Assembly: GCA_965220695.1 (NCBI GenBank)
Contig: OZ244838.1
Location: 1,308,951-1,372,950, forward strand
DNA: 64,000 nt
DNA from: Vicinamibacterales bacterium
GTDB lineage: Bacteria; Acidobacteriota; Vicinamibacteria; Vicinamibacterales; UBA8438
Direction: 5' to 3'
Below the pieces are notes generated by a model. The model searched no databases, was not told the DNA's origin, and saw nothing but the letters and a program-made list of their open reading frames with translations. A program made the position numbers and the translations under genes. Shown here piece by piece: positions 1 to 8,821 of this stretch. The stretch's first letter is position 1. Every line of letters begins with the position of its first letter.

Positions 1-830
1 GCGGCTATGTCCGGCCCGCGTCGATGGCCGACACCGAGGCGAACTACGAGGGCAAGCCGGACTGGGTCCGCCGCCAGCGCAACAGTTGGCACGGGGTCGA
101 TGGCATGTACAACGGCCGCACCGACTTCGACACGTTCGTCCAGGAGTACGCCGAGGCGCTGATGGCGGTCGACGACAGCGTCGGCCGGGTTGTCGACACG
201 CTGGACGAGCTTAGCCTGCTCGAGTCGACGCTGCTGGTCTTCATGTCGGACAACGGGTTCCAGTTCGGCGAGCACGGGCTGATCGACAAGCGCACGATGT
301 ACGAAGCCTCGATCCGCGTGCCGTTGCTCGTGCATTGCCCGGAGCTGTTCCAGGGCGGACAGCGGCGGTCGGAGATGATCCTCAACATCGACATCGCCCC
401 GACGTTTCTGGAGGCCGGGGGCGCGCCGATCCCGGAGTCGATGCACGGCCGGTCGTTCCATGGCCTGTTGACCGGATCGACCAGGGACTGGCGAGACACG
501 TTCCTCTACGAGTACTTCTGGGAACGCGCGTTCCCGCAGACGCCGACGGTGATCGGGGTGCGCGGCGATCGATACAAGCTGATGCGGTTCCATGGCGTCT
601 GGGACCGCTACGAACTCTACGACCTGCAGACCGATCCCGACGAGATGCACAATCTGCTGGGCGGCATCAGCCTCGAGACGCAGGCGGGCACGGTCGATCG
701 CCAGATCATCGCGCGGGCCGATCCGGAGGTGGCCGGCGTGTTCGAGCGGTTGAGCCGCCGGCTGGACCAGGCGCTGGTCGACACCGGCGCGCTCGACGAG
801 CCGACCTGGCTGGGGACACCCCGGCCGTGA
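1..830 (+). CDS. Sulfatase-family hydrolase, C-terminal portion (5' end outside window)
   Basis: ORF 24..830 stays open to the window edge in the same frame. 'LLVFMSDNGFQFGEHGLIDKRTMYEASIRVPLLV' is the conserved sulfatase C-terminal core. Confidence 0.8.
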   Translation, partial: GYVRPASMADTEANYEGKPDWVRRQRNSWHGVDGMYNGRTDFDTFVQEYAEALMAVDDSVGRVVDTLDELSLLESTLLVFMSDNGFQFGEHGLIDKRTMYEASIRVPLLVHCPELFQGGQRRSEMILNIDIAPTFLEAGGAPIPESMHGRSFHGLLTGSTRDWRDTFLYEYFWERAFPQTPTVIGVRGDRYKLMRFHGVWDRYELYDLQTDPDEMHNLLGGISLETQAGTVDRQIIARADPEVAGVFERLSRRLDQALVDTGALDEPTWLGTPRP

Positions 831-888
831 CCCCGCGGCCGGTCGTCAGGCGCGAAGATTCGACGATAGGCGGGTACGGAGACGACCC

Positions 889-2046
889 ATGACAAGTCGC
901 GTTGAGACCCCTTCGATTACGCTCGGTGTCGAAGAGGAGTTGTTTCTCGTCGATCCCGACAGTCGTGACCTCCAGCGTGATCCGGACCATGGAATCTTCG
1001 ATGACTGTCAGCGGCACGGTGGGCCGCACAAAGTCGTGCCGGAGCTTCTTCGCTCGCAGATCGAGACCAATTCCAAAAAATGCGGGTCGGTTGCCGAGGT
1101 GCGTGAGGCCATGCGGGAAACCCGCCGGTTGGTCATCGAGGCGGCTGCGAATCACGGAGCCGTGGTGATCGCCACCTCGACCCATCCCTTCGCGCAATGG
1201 CACACGCAGTTGACCACACCCAAGGAGCGCTACAACCGGTTCGCGATCACATTCCAGGACAGCATCCGGAGTTTTCTCGCCGGCGGCATGCATGTCCATG
1301 CAGGTTTCGGCGACAAGGATTCGCGAATCCGGGTGATGACCGCGATCCGCGGTTACCTTCCCCTGCTCCATGCACTTTCAACATCCTCGCCGTTCTACTG
1401 TGGCCGCGAGACCGGGTACAAGTCGCACCGGCTGAACCTTTTTGGCGCCCTTCACCGCACCGGACTTCCCCGACCGCTAGGGTCCAGAGCGCAGTATGAC
1501 AACTTTGTGGACGAATACACGCGAATGGAGTTCATCAAGAACGCCAGTGAATTGTGGTGGGATATTCGACCCTCTCATTCCTTTCCGACAGTGGAGATGC
1601 GAATCTGCGATACATGTCCTCGCATTGACGACGCGGTGAGCATCGTGGCTCTCTATGCGTCTCTCATCCGAATGCTGTCAAGGTTGGATCGGGAAGGTGC
1701 ACTGCCTTCCGAACCACCGACCGAGATTATCAACGAAAACCGCTGGCTTGCTCAGCGTTACGGCGTGCTGGCTTTTTTCGGCGACACGCGTGGCGGCGGG
1801 CGGGTGGATATCGCGGACGAGTTGGAACGGCTTGTCGAGGATCTCGCCGATGACGCACGTGAGTTGGGTTGCGAAAACGAGATTCACCACGCATTCGCCA
1901 TCATTCGCGACGGTAGCGGTGCCGACCGTCAGGTCGACCATTTTCGTCTGCGCCGCCTCGAGGGAGACACGGAAGAAGAAGCTCTGCGTTCCGTGGTCGA
2001 TCTCATGGTCGCCGAGACCCGGGAAGGAATCGAGGGAGCGCCTTGA
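889..2046 (+). CDS. ybdK: Carboxylate-amine ligase, YbdK / glutamate-cysteine ligase family 2
   Basis: 385 aa. The 'ITLGVEEELFLVDP' N-terminus and the length are typical of GCS2/YbdK. Confidence 0.8.
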   Translation: MTSRVETPSITLGVEEELFLVDPDSRDLQRDPDHGIFDDCQRHGGPHKVVPELLRSQIETNSKKCGSVAEVREAMRETRRLVIEAAANHGAVVIATSTHPFAQWHTQLTTPKERYNRFAITFQDSIRSFLAGGMHVHAGFGDKDSRIRVMTAIRGYLPLLHALSTSSPFYCGRETGYKSHRLNLFGALHRTGLPRPLGSRAQYDNFVDEYTRMEFIKNASELWWDIRPSHSFPTVEMRICDTCPRIDDAVSIVALYASLIRMLSRLDREGALPSEPPTEIINENRWLAQRYGVLAFFGDTRGGGRVDIADELERLVEDLADDARELGCENEIHHAFAIIRDGSGADRQVDHFRLRRLEGDTEEEALRSVVDLMVAETREGIEGAP

Positions 2047-2213
2047 AGACCGAGAGACGTGGCAAACTCAATCGCCCTGATTGGAATCCCAGGGCTGCGG
2101 CAACGGGCGCAACGCGGTGGAGTTGTTCGACGTGCTTGAACAGAAAAAAGATTGATGCTGCCTGACGTGACGGGCGAATTGATGTGGGCGCCGACTGTGC
2201 GAGGTGTGGGTCT

Positions 2214-2438
2214 ATGGAAAAGCAGATTACCGTGTCCGTTGATTCCGATGTCGCCGATACCTATCGCTCGGTATCGGACAGCGATCGTCGCAAGCTGGAT
2301 TTGCTGATCAACTTGCGTCTGCGTGAGGCGACGCAGTCCGATCGATCACTTCACGACGTCATGCTCGACATCAGTCGGAACGCGCAACGACGCGGGCTGA
2401 CACCGGAGATCTTGCAGTCGATCCTGGACGAACAGTGA
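2214..2438 (+). CDS. Small antitoxin-like protein upstream of PIN ORF
   Basis: 74 aa from ATG 2214, with GAGGTG 7 nt upstream. Its stop overlaps the GTG start of the next ORF (GTGA). Size and position fit a type II antitoxin; family not recognised. Confidence 0.5.
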   Translation: MEKQITVSVDSDVADTYRSVSDSDRRKLDLLINLRLREATQSDRSLHDVMLDISRNAQRRGLTPEILQSILDEQ

Positions 2439-2662
2439 CGCGCTTCGTCTTCGACACGAACACCGTCGTAAGCGCGCTGCTTTTCAACGCGTCCGAGTCC
2501 GTGGAGGTGTGCCGGGATCCCAAAGACGATCACATCCTGGAGTTGGCAATCAATGGGAACGCGCTGTTTATTGTTACGGGCGACTACGACCTGCTCGCCT
2601 TGGATCCCTTCCGCGGCGTGCGGATCGTGACGCCCGTGGAATTCCTGCGCTCGGGAGGCTGA
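2435..2662 (+). CDS. PIN-domain toxin (TIGR00305-like) with in-frame internal deletion
   Basis: 'RFVFDTNTVVSALL' (first PIN strand, catalytic Asp) is joined directly to 'CRDPKDDHILELAINGNALFIVTGDYDLL..IVTPVEFL' (C-terminal third). It is 75 aa versus about 130-140 expected. Confidence 0.6.
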   Translation: MTRFVFDTNTVVSALLFNASESVEVCRDPKDDHILELAINGNALFIVTGDYDLLALDPFRGVRIVTPVEFLRSGG

Positions 2663-2693
2663 GCGGGAGAATCCGCAATCCTCAAAATCCGGG

Positions 2694-3296
2694 TCAGCCG
2701 CTCGAACCGGCGATCGTCTCGGTGAGTTCCGGAAACAGAATCTGCGGCAGCGACAGGCGGGAGCGTTTCCGTCCCTGGAAGCCGGTCGCCTGTTCGTAGC
2801 GCTCGACGATCGCCAGCGCCGCCGCGAGCGTGCGTTTCCGCGTCGCCTCGAACTCGACGCAGCGCACCGCTCGCGTCTCGGTCCAGGCGCGGTAGTGCAC
2901 CACCTCGATATCCGGAAAGCGCCAGATGTCCAGGTCCTTGTGCAACGTGCCGCGCCACTGCACCCCCAGACGGTCGAGAAACGCGTCGACGGCCCGCTGT
3001 TGATCACCCGCGTGATGCCCGAGATCGAGGTTGATCTCGACCCGCGTCTCGGTGTCGGCCTCCAGGTTCTTCAACGTCAGATGGTGCAGCAGCGGGTCGA
3101 AGCGATGGCGGATGAGGAAGCGTCCCGATCGTCCGGCGCCGATCAGAAAGTACCGGTCGCGCACCTGCAGCGACGTGGCGCTCGCCGGGCCCAAGTCGGC
3201 GAGCGCCGCCCGGAAGCGATCCAGGTCGAACTGCTCGTCAAGCAGGAACTTGTGCTCGATTTCGACGAACTGCAGGTTGTCCGCCGTTACATCCAT
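2694..3296 (-). CDS. CYTH-domain protein (triphosphate tunnel metalloenzyme / CyaB-like)
   Basis: 'FVEIEHKFLL' is an ExExK-type N-terminal motif. The 200-aa size fits the CYTH fold. Confidence 0.7.
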   Translation of the reverse strand: MDVTADNLQFVEIEHKFLLDEQFDLDRFRAALADLGPASATSLQVRDRYFLIGAGRSGRFLIRHRFDPLLHHLTLKNLEADTETRVEINLDLGHHAGDQQRAVDAFLDRLGVQWRGTLHKDLDIWRFPDIEVVHYRAWTETRAVRCVEFEATRKRTLAAALAIVERYEQATGFQGRKRSRLSLPQILFPELTETIAGSSG

Positions 3297-3365
3297 CGTT
3301 TGAAACGCCCAGTCAGCGACGGGCGCCCCCGGTGATCACCGCGACCGGGATGCCGCACTCCTGGT

Positions 3366-3725
3366 TCATGTCCGGGTGCGCTCCAGGCGTACGAAGGAGC
3401 AGGCCGCCGCGGGCACCGCCCGGGGCTTCCGAATCTCCAGCCGCACCGCGCGCACCTCGGCCAGCCGTTCGAGCAGACGTCCCGCCACCGCCTCCGCCAT
3501 CGCCTCGATCAGCGTGAAACGTCCCTGCTGGAGCAGCGCAGTGAGTTCGGCGGCGACACCGTCGTAGTCGATGGCGTCCGCCAGCGCATCGGACCCGGCG
3601 GCGGGCGCGAAGTCGTAGTCGAGCTCGACGTCGACCTCGACCGGCTGAGGCTGTGTGCGCTCGGATTCGTACACGCCAACGATGCAGTCCACCCGCAGCG
3701 TCTTGAGTCCCGTGGTCCCGATCAT
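3366..3725 (-). CDS. folB: Dihydroneopterin aldolase
   Basis: Track ORF 3366..4148 is over-extended. ATG at 3725 gives 119 aa, 'LKTLRVDCIVGVYESERTQPQPVEVDVELDYD..', typical of FolB. Confidence 0.75.
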   Translation of the reverse strand: MIGTTGLKTLRVDCIVGVYESERTQPQPVEVDVELDYDFAPAAGSDALADAIDYDGVAAELTALLQQGRFTLIEAMAEAVAGRLLERLAEVRAVRLEIRKPRAVPAAACSFVRLERTRT

Positions 3726-3828
3726 CGTGTCGTGATCCCCGCGGCGTCCGCTGTCAGCCCGGCGTCCAGACTGCCGGCGCTGTCTGGCAGCGGTCACACG
3801 GGCGACCGGCGTGCGTGCGCCGGCCGGT

Positions 3829-5763
3829 CTATTCTTCGGTCCGGCCCCGACTGCCTCGCGCCAGCTCGACGACCCGGTCTGCGTCGTCCTGCAGCAGCAG
3901 ACGCTCGCGCACCAGTGCGCCGGCGGCGTCGGACACCGCCTGCACGTAGGCGGCGTGGGTCGCATACCGCTCTTCGAATGCGCGGCGCGGGTCGCCCGAC
4001 TCCAGCCGTTCGGCTTGGGTGTGTGCGAACGGGATGAACGAGCCGGTGCCGGCGCACTGCTCGCCCGCGGCGAAACCGTCGCGCCGCAGGTTCCAGCCGG
4101 TATGGGTGCCGACCGGCGCCGCGAGGTTGGGGTGCCTGACCCCGTCAACCATGTTGCCGTCAGCGTCGGTGCGTGCGACCAGCACGGTATAGGCGGCGCC
4201 CCGCATCGGCGGCAGCGAGCGGTGGTCGAGCAGATGCAGGGGGTTGTATGACCCTGTGTAGGTCACGCCCGGAATCTCCGGAAAGCGGACCGCCGCGGCG
4301 CTGACGAGCCCGCCGTTCTCGACGGTCGGAAACCGGCTCGGGGGCGGCTCGACGCCGTTGGCCGACCACTCGTAGAGCGCGACGTTCAGGGCGGCGCGGG
4401 TGTGGCTCAGCGCGAGTGGATTGTTCAGGTTCTGACAGATGCCGGCCCGCGGCGTCGCGGCGTGCACGCCCGGGCCGCCGCCGTGCTGCGTGCCGGCGAT
4501 CAGGTAGACCCGGACGTTGTCGGGGAGCTCGACGTGGTGCCCGCGCGGGTCGGTCACGATCAGCGACGACCGGGCCTGCCAGACTTCCGCCTCGCCGTCG
4601 CTGTGGATGATATTCGGACAGGTGTTGGACACGGCGCAACGGGCCTGCAGCCCGTCCGTCCGGCCGCTGATCGGATCGGTCAACGTGGCGTAGGTGAACG
4701 GGAACTGGTCGCCCGGATAGTTGTGGTCCTCGTGCTGCTTCTGCCAGCGGCCCGGTTGTCCGAACTGGTAGTTCGTGAAGGTCTTCCGCGACCCGGCGAT
4801 GTTCGGGTGCATGCCGTCGAACACGATCCGACCGGAGACGTCTTCATTGAACCCCTGGTATAGGAAATCTCGCAGCATCCGGCCGCTCTGCGAGATGCCC
4901 AGCGAGATCGCCGCGTCCGCGAGTCCGTCGTGGGCCAGCGGGTTGGCGCGCCCGGCGCCGTCCGTTTCGGCGTAGCGCAGGAACGAAATCGCGTCGCGCA
5001 TCGCCGCGAAGCCGAGTCCCAGCACGATCGGGTCCCTGGCCTGGTAGATGAATTCGTAGATCGCGCCGCCGTCGAAGCCGGCGGGACGCGTAATCTCGAT
5101 CTCGGTCTCGCTCACATAGCGCCATCCCAGGTCGGGCGGCGCCTCGCGCGTCCCGTCCTGGGTCGCCCGGACCGAAAGCATCCCGCCGTCCGCATCGAGC
5201 GACGCGGCCGGATACGTCAGCGTCCGGCGTGACCGCGGCTCCGCATCGTTGAAGATGAATTCCTCGAGCGCGGCCCCGACGATCGACGAACCATCGGCGT
5301 TCGCGGCGACGGGGAGGTGGGCCACGATGTTCGTCCCGGTCTGCGTCAGATCGCCCTGCCAGCCGACACGGACGAAGGCGAACCCCCGTTCGAGCAGCGC
5401 GGTATCGCCGGCCCCGGCGCCGCCCCGGTTCGAGACCGTGTGGAAGATCCCGCGGTTCCAGCGGCGCATGTCCACGGGGCGATGGATCTCGACCGTGGCG
5501 CGATACTCGACGAGTCCGGCGGCGTTGCGGGGGGCCCGGTCTAGATTCACGATGTGGCGATGACGGGGGTCGGACGAGTCGACCGCTCCTTCCACGATCC
5601 CCCGCAGGCGTTCGTACTGACCGATGTCGCCGAAGCGCTGTTCGTCCAGGGCCGGCGACTCGACGACCTCGAGATCGAACTGCGTGATCTGGGCGAACGC
5701 ATCCGTGGGCGGGACGAGCGCGAGGGTGACGATCGCGGCGAATACTGACGCGGGTCTGATCAT
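3829..5763 (-). CDS. Secreted alpha/beta-hydrolase-like protein, uncharacterised family
   Basis: 644 aa with a signal peptide ending '..PPTDAFAQ' and a nucleophile-elbow-like 'LGISQSGRML'. It resembles 51764..53272 in architecture. Confidence 0.55.
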   Translation of the reverse strand: MIRPASVFAAIVTLALVPPTDAFAQITQFDLEVVESPALDEQRFGDIGQYERLRGIVEGAVDSSDPRHRHIVNLDRAPRNAAGLVEYRATVEIHRPVDMRRWNRGIFHTVSNRGGAGAGDTALLERGFAFVRVGWQGDLTQTGTNIVAHLPVAANADGSSIVGAALEEFIFNDAEPRSRRTLTYPAASLDADGGMLSVRATQDGTREAPPDLGWRYVSETEIEITRPAGFDGGAIYEFIYQARDPIVLGLGFAAMRDAISFLRYAETDGAGRANPLAHDGLADAAISLGISQSGRMLRDFLYQGFNEDVSGRIVFDGMHPNIAGSRKTFTNYQFGQPGRWQKQHEDHNYPGDQFPFTYATLTDPISGRTDGLQARCAVSNTCPNIIHSDGEAEVWQARSSLIVTDPRGHHVELPDNVRVYLIAGTQHGGGPGVHAATPRAGICQNLNNPLALSHTRAALNVALYEWSANGVEPPPSRFPTVENGGLVSAAAVRFPEIPGVTYTGSYNPLHLLDHRSLPPMRGAAYTVLVARTDADGNMVDGVRHPNLAAPVGTHTGWNLRRDGFAAGEQCAGTGSFIPFAHTQAERLESGDPRRAFEERYATHAAYVQAVSDAAGALVRERLLLQDDADRVVELARGSRGRTEE

Positions 5764-5927
5764 GGATCCTCCCGATGATGCGGTCCATCATAGCAGCCCG
5801 TGGCGCCTGGCCCGCGGCGTACCGGGACGCTGGCGCGGCGGTCCCGGACTCGGCCGGCGCCAGGCGAGAAGCGGGAGCATGCCGGTCCCCGTCCGGGGTA
5901 TCCTTGTTTCACATGTCAGGAGGTTTC

Positions 5928-7547
5928 ATGAGAACCCGGTTGCTCCCTGCATTTCTGTGCGCCCTGACCGGCGCCGTCACCGCCGCGTGCAGCCGGGGCG
6001 AGGCCACGGCCGTCCTGAGTGCGGAGATGGACGACGCCTGCGCGGCAATCGCCGGCGCCGCGCTCGGTCTCCCGCACACGACGATCACGGTCGCCGAAGC
6101 GGTGACGCCGCCGTTCACACCGCCCGAGACGTTCTCCTCGCGCGGGTTCGTGGTCGAAGACGCGTCGTTCTGTCGTGTCGCCGGTACGGCGAGCCCGGAA
6201 GAGGGGTCGGAGATCAGGTTCGAGGTGTGGTTGCCTGCTGCCGGCGAATGGAACGGCCGGTTCCAGGGCATCGGATCGGGCGGCTCGGCCGGCGCCATCC
6301 GCTACCCGCAGCTCGCCGCGGCGGTGCGCGCCGGCTACGCCGCTGTGGCCACCGACAACGGCCACACCAGCACCAGCGGATTCGACGGGAGCTGGTCGCT
6401 CGGGCACCCGCTGCGGCTTGTCGACTTCGGCTACCGGGCGCAGCATGAAGCGACCGTCGCCGGCAAGGCGGTGACCCGCGCCTACTACGGCCGCGATGCC
6501 GACCACACCTACTTCGTGGGCTGCTCGCAGGGTGGTCACCACGCCCTGATGGAGGCCCAGCGGTATCCGGAGGACTACGACGGCATCGTCGCCGGCGCAC
6601 CGGCGAACTACTGGGTCGGCCTGATGACCGGCGAGTTGTGGGCCGGTCTCGCGACCACCCGCATACCGGGCCAGGACCTGCCGCGCGAGAAGCTGCCGGC
6701 GCTCGGCGCCGCGGTGCTCGACGCCTGCGACGCGCTCGACGGTCTCGAGGATGGTCTGATCGACGATCCGCGCGCCTGCACCTTCGATCCGGCGGAGATC
6801 GAATGTGCGGGCGCCGATAGTCTCGACTGCCTGACGTCGGGGCAGGTGGAGGCGGCGCGGGCAATCTATGCCGGGCCGACCCGACCGGGCAGCGGCGAGC
6901 AGATCTTCCCGGGCTATGCGCTGGGCAGCGAATATTTCGATCAGCCGGGCGGTCGCGGCGGCTGGGGCGCCTACTGGGCGGGCATCACCGAACCGGGCGG
7001 GAGCACCGCCGACTTCATGCGCTACAGCGTGTTCGAGGATGCCGACTACGACCTCACGCAGTTCGACTTCGACACGGACTGGGATCTCGCCAACAACCGG
7101 CCGATCGGCACCGACGAGACGATCGGGTCCGCCATGAACGCCATCGATCCGGACCTGTCGGCGTTCAAGGCGAACGGCGGCAAGCTGATCAGCTATCACG
7201 GCTGGGCCGACCCGCTGGTCACCGCCAATGCCGCGGTGTGGTACTACGAGCAGGTGATCGCCGATCAGGGGAGCGTCGAGGCCGCCACCGACTTCTATCG
7301 GTTGTTCATGGCGCCTGGCGTGGCGCACTGCCGCGGGGGACCCGGACCCGATCGGATCGATCCGGTCACCGCCATCGAGCGCTGGGTTGAGGAAGGCGTC
7401 GCACCGGACCAGCTCGTCGCATCCAAGGTGGTGGACGGAGAGGTGACCCGCTCGCGGCCGCTGTGTGTGTATCCCCAGGTCGCGCGCTACACGGGCAGCG
7501 GCGGTATCGACGACGCGGCGAACTTCGCATGCGTCGATCCGGATTAG
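5928..7547 (+). CDS. Tannase / feruloyl-esterase family lipoprotein
   Basis: ATG 5928 is preceded by AGGAGG. It has a lipobox-like 'LTGAVTAAC'. 'FVGCSQGGHHALMEAQRYPEDYDGIVAGAPA' is the tannase-family catalytic region. Confidence 0.8.
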   Translation: MRTRLLPAFLCALTGAVTAACSRGEATAVLSAEMDDACAAIAGAALGLPHTTITVAEAVTPPFTPPETFSSRGFVVEDASFCRVAGTASPEEGSEIRFEVWLPAAGEWNGRFQGIGSGGSAGAIRYPQLAAAVRAGYAAVATDNGHTSTSGFDGSWSLGHPLRLVDFGYRAQHEATVAGKAVTRAYYGRDADHTYFVGCSQGGHHALMEAQRYPEDYDGIVAGAPANYWVGLMTGELWAGLATTRIPGQDLPREKLPALGAAVLDACDALDGLEDGLIDDPRACTFDPAEIECAGADSLDCLTSGQVEAARAIYAGPTRPGSGEQIFPGYALGSEYFDQPGGRGGWGAYWAGITEPGGSTADFMRYSVFEDADYDLTQFDFDTDWDLANNRPIGTDETIGSAMNAIDPDLSAFKANGGKLISYHGWADPLVTANAAVWYYEQVIADQGSVEAATDFYRLFMAPGVAHCRGGPGPDRIDPVTAIERWVEEGVAPDQLVASKVVDGEVTRSRPLCVYPQVARYTGSGGIDDAANFACVDPD

Positions 7548-7581
7548 CAGGAAACACCTGGAGAGACGGTTTGTTTTAGGT

Positions 7582-7783
7582 CAGGAGCCCGTGGCAAAAG
7601 CCCCGCTGCATTCGACCGGTCATGCATCCCGGCTGAACTGCGCAACGGCCGGCGGATCGGCGTTGAAAGCCGCCGATCCGCTGATATCCTCGGTCGAATA
7701 TGCCCAATATGCTCCCTCGTCACGCCTTGTCAGCCGGGCGCCTGACCGGTCTCGGTGCGACGCGGGGTTTCACCACGGACTCC
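7582..7783 (+). mobile_element. MITE-like repeat, copy A (with extra internal hairpin)
   Basis: Left end 'GAGCCCGTGGCAAAAGCCCCGCTGCATTCGA', core 'CCCAATATGCTCCCTCGTCACGCCTTGTCAGCCGGGCG', right end 'TCTCGGTGCGACGCGGGGTTTCACCACGGAC'. The ends are imperfect inverted repeats. It carries an extra perfect 11-bp stem GCGGATCGGCG/CGCCGATCCGC. Confidence 0.7.
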
Positions 7784-7851
7784 GAGGCGTCTCGCAGCAG
7801 GGTGGCGGTGCGCCGCGCCCGCTGGCGCCGGCGCCCGAGGAGGATTCGCTG

Positions 7852-8799
7852 ATGGTGGCGATGCAACGCCTGATTCTCGTCGTGATGGCGGTGGCCCTGG
7901 CATCGGTCGCCTGGGCCCAGCCGCCGGACTTCGTGAGGTGGAGCGCATCCGAGCTCGATCGGAGGGATGCCGCATCAGGGACCAGGATCGGTCCCGATCA
8001 CTCTGCCCGCGAAACGCTGGCCGAGTATGGCAACCCCACCGGCGCGCACCGGTTCCGGTTCATACGCCGCGATGCCGACGGGGTTCCGGAGCAGCACGAA
8101 CAGATTGACGACGTCGTCTTCATCCAGAGCGGAGCGGCGACCCTGCAGGTTGGCGGCGAGCTGGTCGACCGCAGGGGACGCGCCGGCGAGTACACGGGCG
8201 CGAGCATCGCCGGTGGCCAGCGGTATCCCGTCGGGCAGGGTGACATCCTCAGGATTCCGGCCGATACCCCGCATCGCTACCTCGTGCCGGCGGGCGGGCA
8301 CGTCACCTATGTGCTCGTGCGGATGCCGGCGCTCGACGGCGAGCCGCTGATTCCGGACGATGCGCCCGTGCTCGAGTTCGATCCGCCCGGATTCGTGCTG
8401 TGGAGCGCGGCGGAGCTGGCCCGCCGGCACGCCGCCCTCGCGGTGCGGGTCGGCCCGGACCACTCGGCCCGCGAAACGCTCGCCGACTTCGGCAGCCCGA
8501 CGCGATCCCACCGCTTTCGATACATTCACCGCGACGCGGACGGGCGCCCCGAGATTCACGACGACATCATCGACGTCGTGTTCGTGACGAGCGGGGTGGG
8601 GGAGGTGCTCGTGGGCGGCGAGATGCTGAACCGCACCGGCAGTCTGGGCACCGGCATCGACGGCGGTACGCGCTACCCGGTGGCGGCCGGCGACATGCTG
8701 CATATTCCGGCCCGCACCCCCCACGGCTACCTGATGCAGGACGGTGACCATGTCACCTACCTGCTGGTCAGAGTGCCCGCGTTTCGAGAAGTGCGGTGA
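7852..8799 (+). CDS. Secreted tandem-duplicated cupin-like protein (bicupin)
   Basis: ATG 7852 follows GAGGAGGA, and the signal peptide ends '..SVAWAQ'. Two ~154-aa halves (from 7921 and from 8383) align residue by residue: 'GPDHSARETLA.(Y/F)G.PT..HRFR(F/Y)I(R/H)RDADG.PE.H'. Confidence 0.6.
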   Translation: MVAMQRLILVVMAVALASVAWAQPPDFVRWSASELDRRDAASGTRIGPDHSARETLAEYGNPTGAHRFRFIRRDADGVPEQHEQIDDVVFIQSGAATLQVGGELVDRRGRAGEYTGASIAGGQRYPVGQGDILRIPADTPHRYLVPAGGHVTYVLVRMPALDGEPLIPDDAPVLEFDPPGFVLWSAAELARRHAALAVRVGPDHSARETLADFGSPTRSHRFRYIHRDADGRPEIHDDIIDVVFVTSGVGEVLVGGEMLNRTGSLGTGIDGGTRYPVAAGDMLHIPARTPHGYLMQDGDHVTYLLVRVPAFREVR

Positions 8800-8821
8800 C
8801 CGTCTGCAGTGCCCGCTGGTG

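Noticed and set aside
5775-5927. N-terminal extensions of several track ORFs (5775, 7465, 11481, 25942, 32515, 37351, 51662; minus-strand 4148, 20109, 29888, 46521, 55070)
   Set aside because: The extensions lack signal-peptide or domain continuity. Several run through MITE copies or intergenic DNA. Internal starts with SD sequences or signal peptides give products of the expected family length.
7680-7790. Conserved peptide-like reading 'APSSRLVSRA..RSRC.AGFHHGL' in every MITE copy
   Set aside because: The conservation is at nucleotide level. Copy A has no start codon in that frame, copy E is frameshifted, and the region is one arm of the terminal hairpin. It is therefore treated as non-coding.
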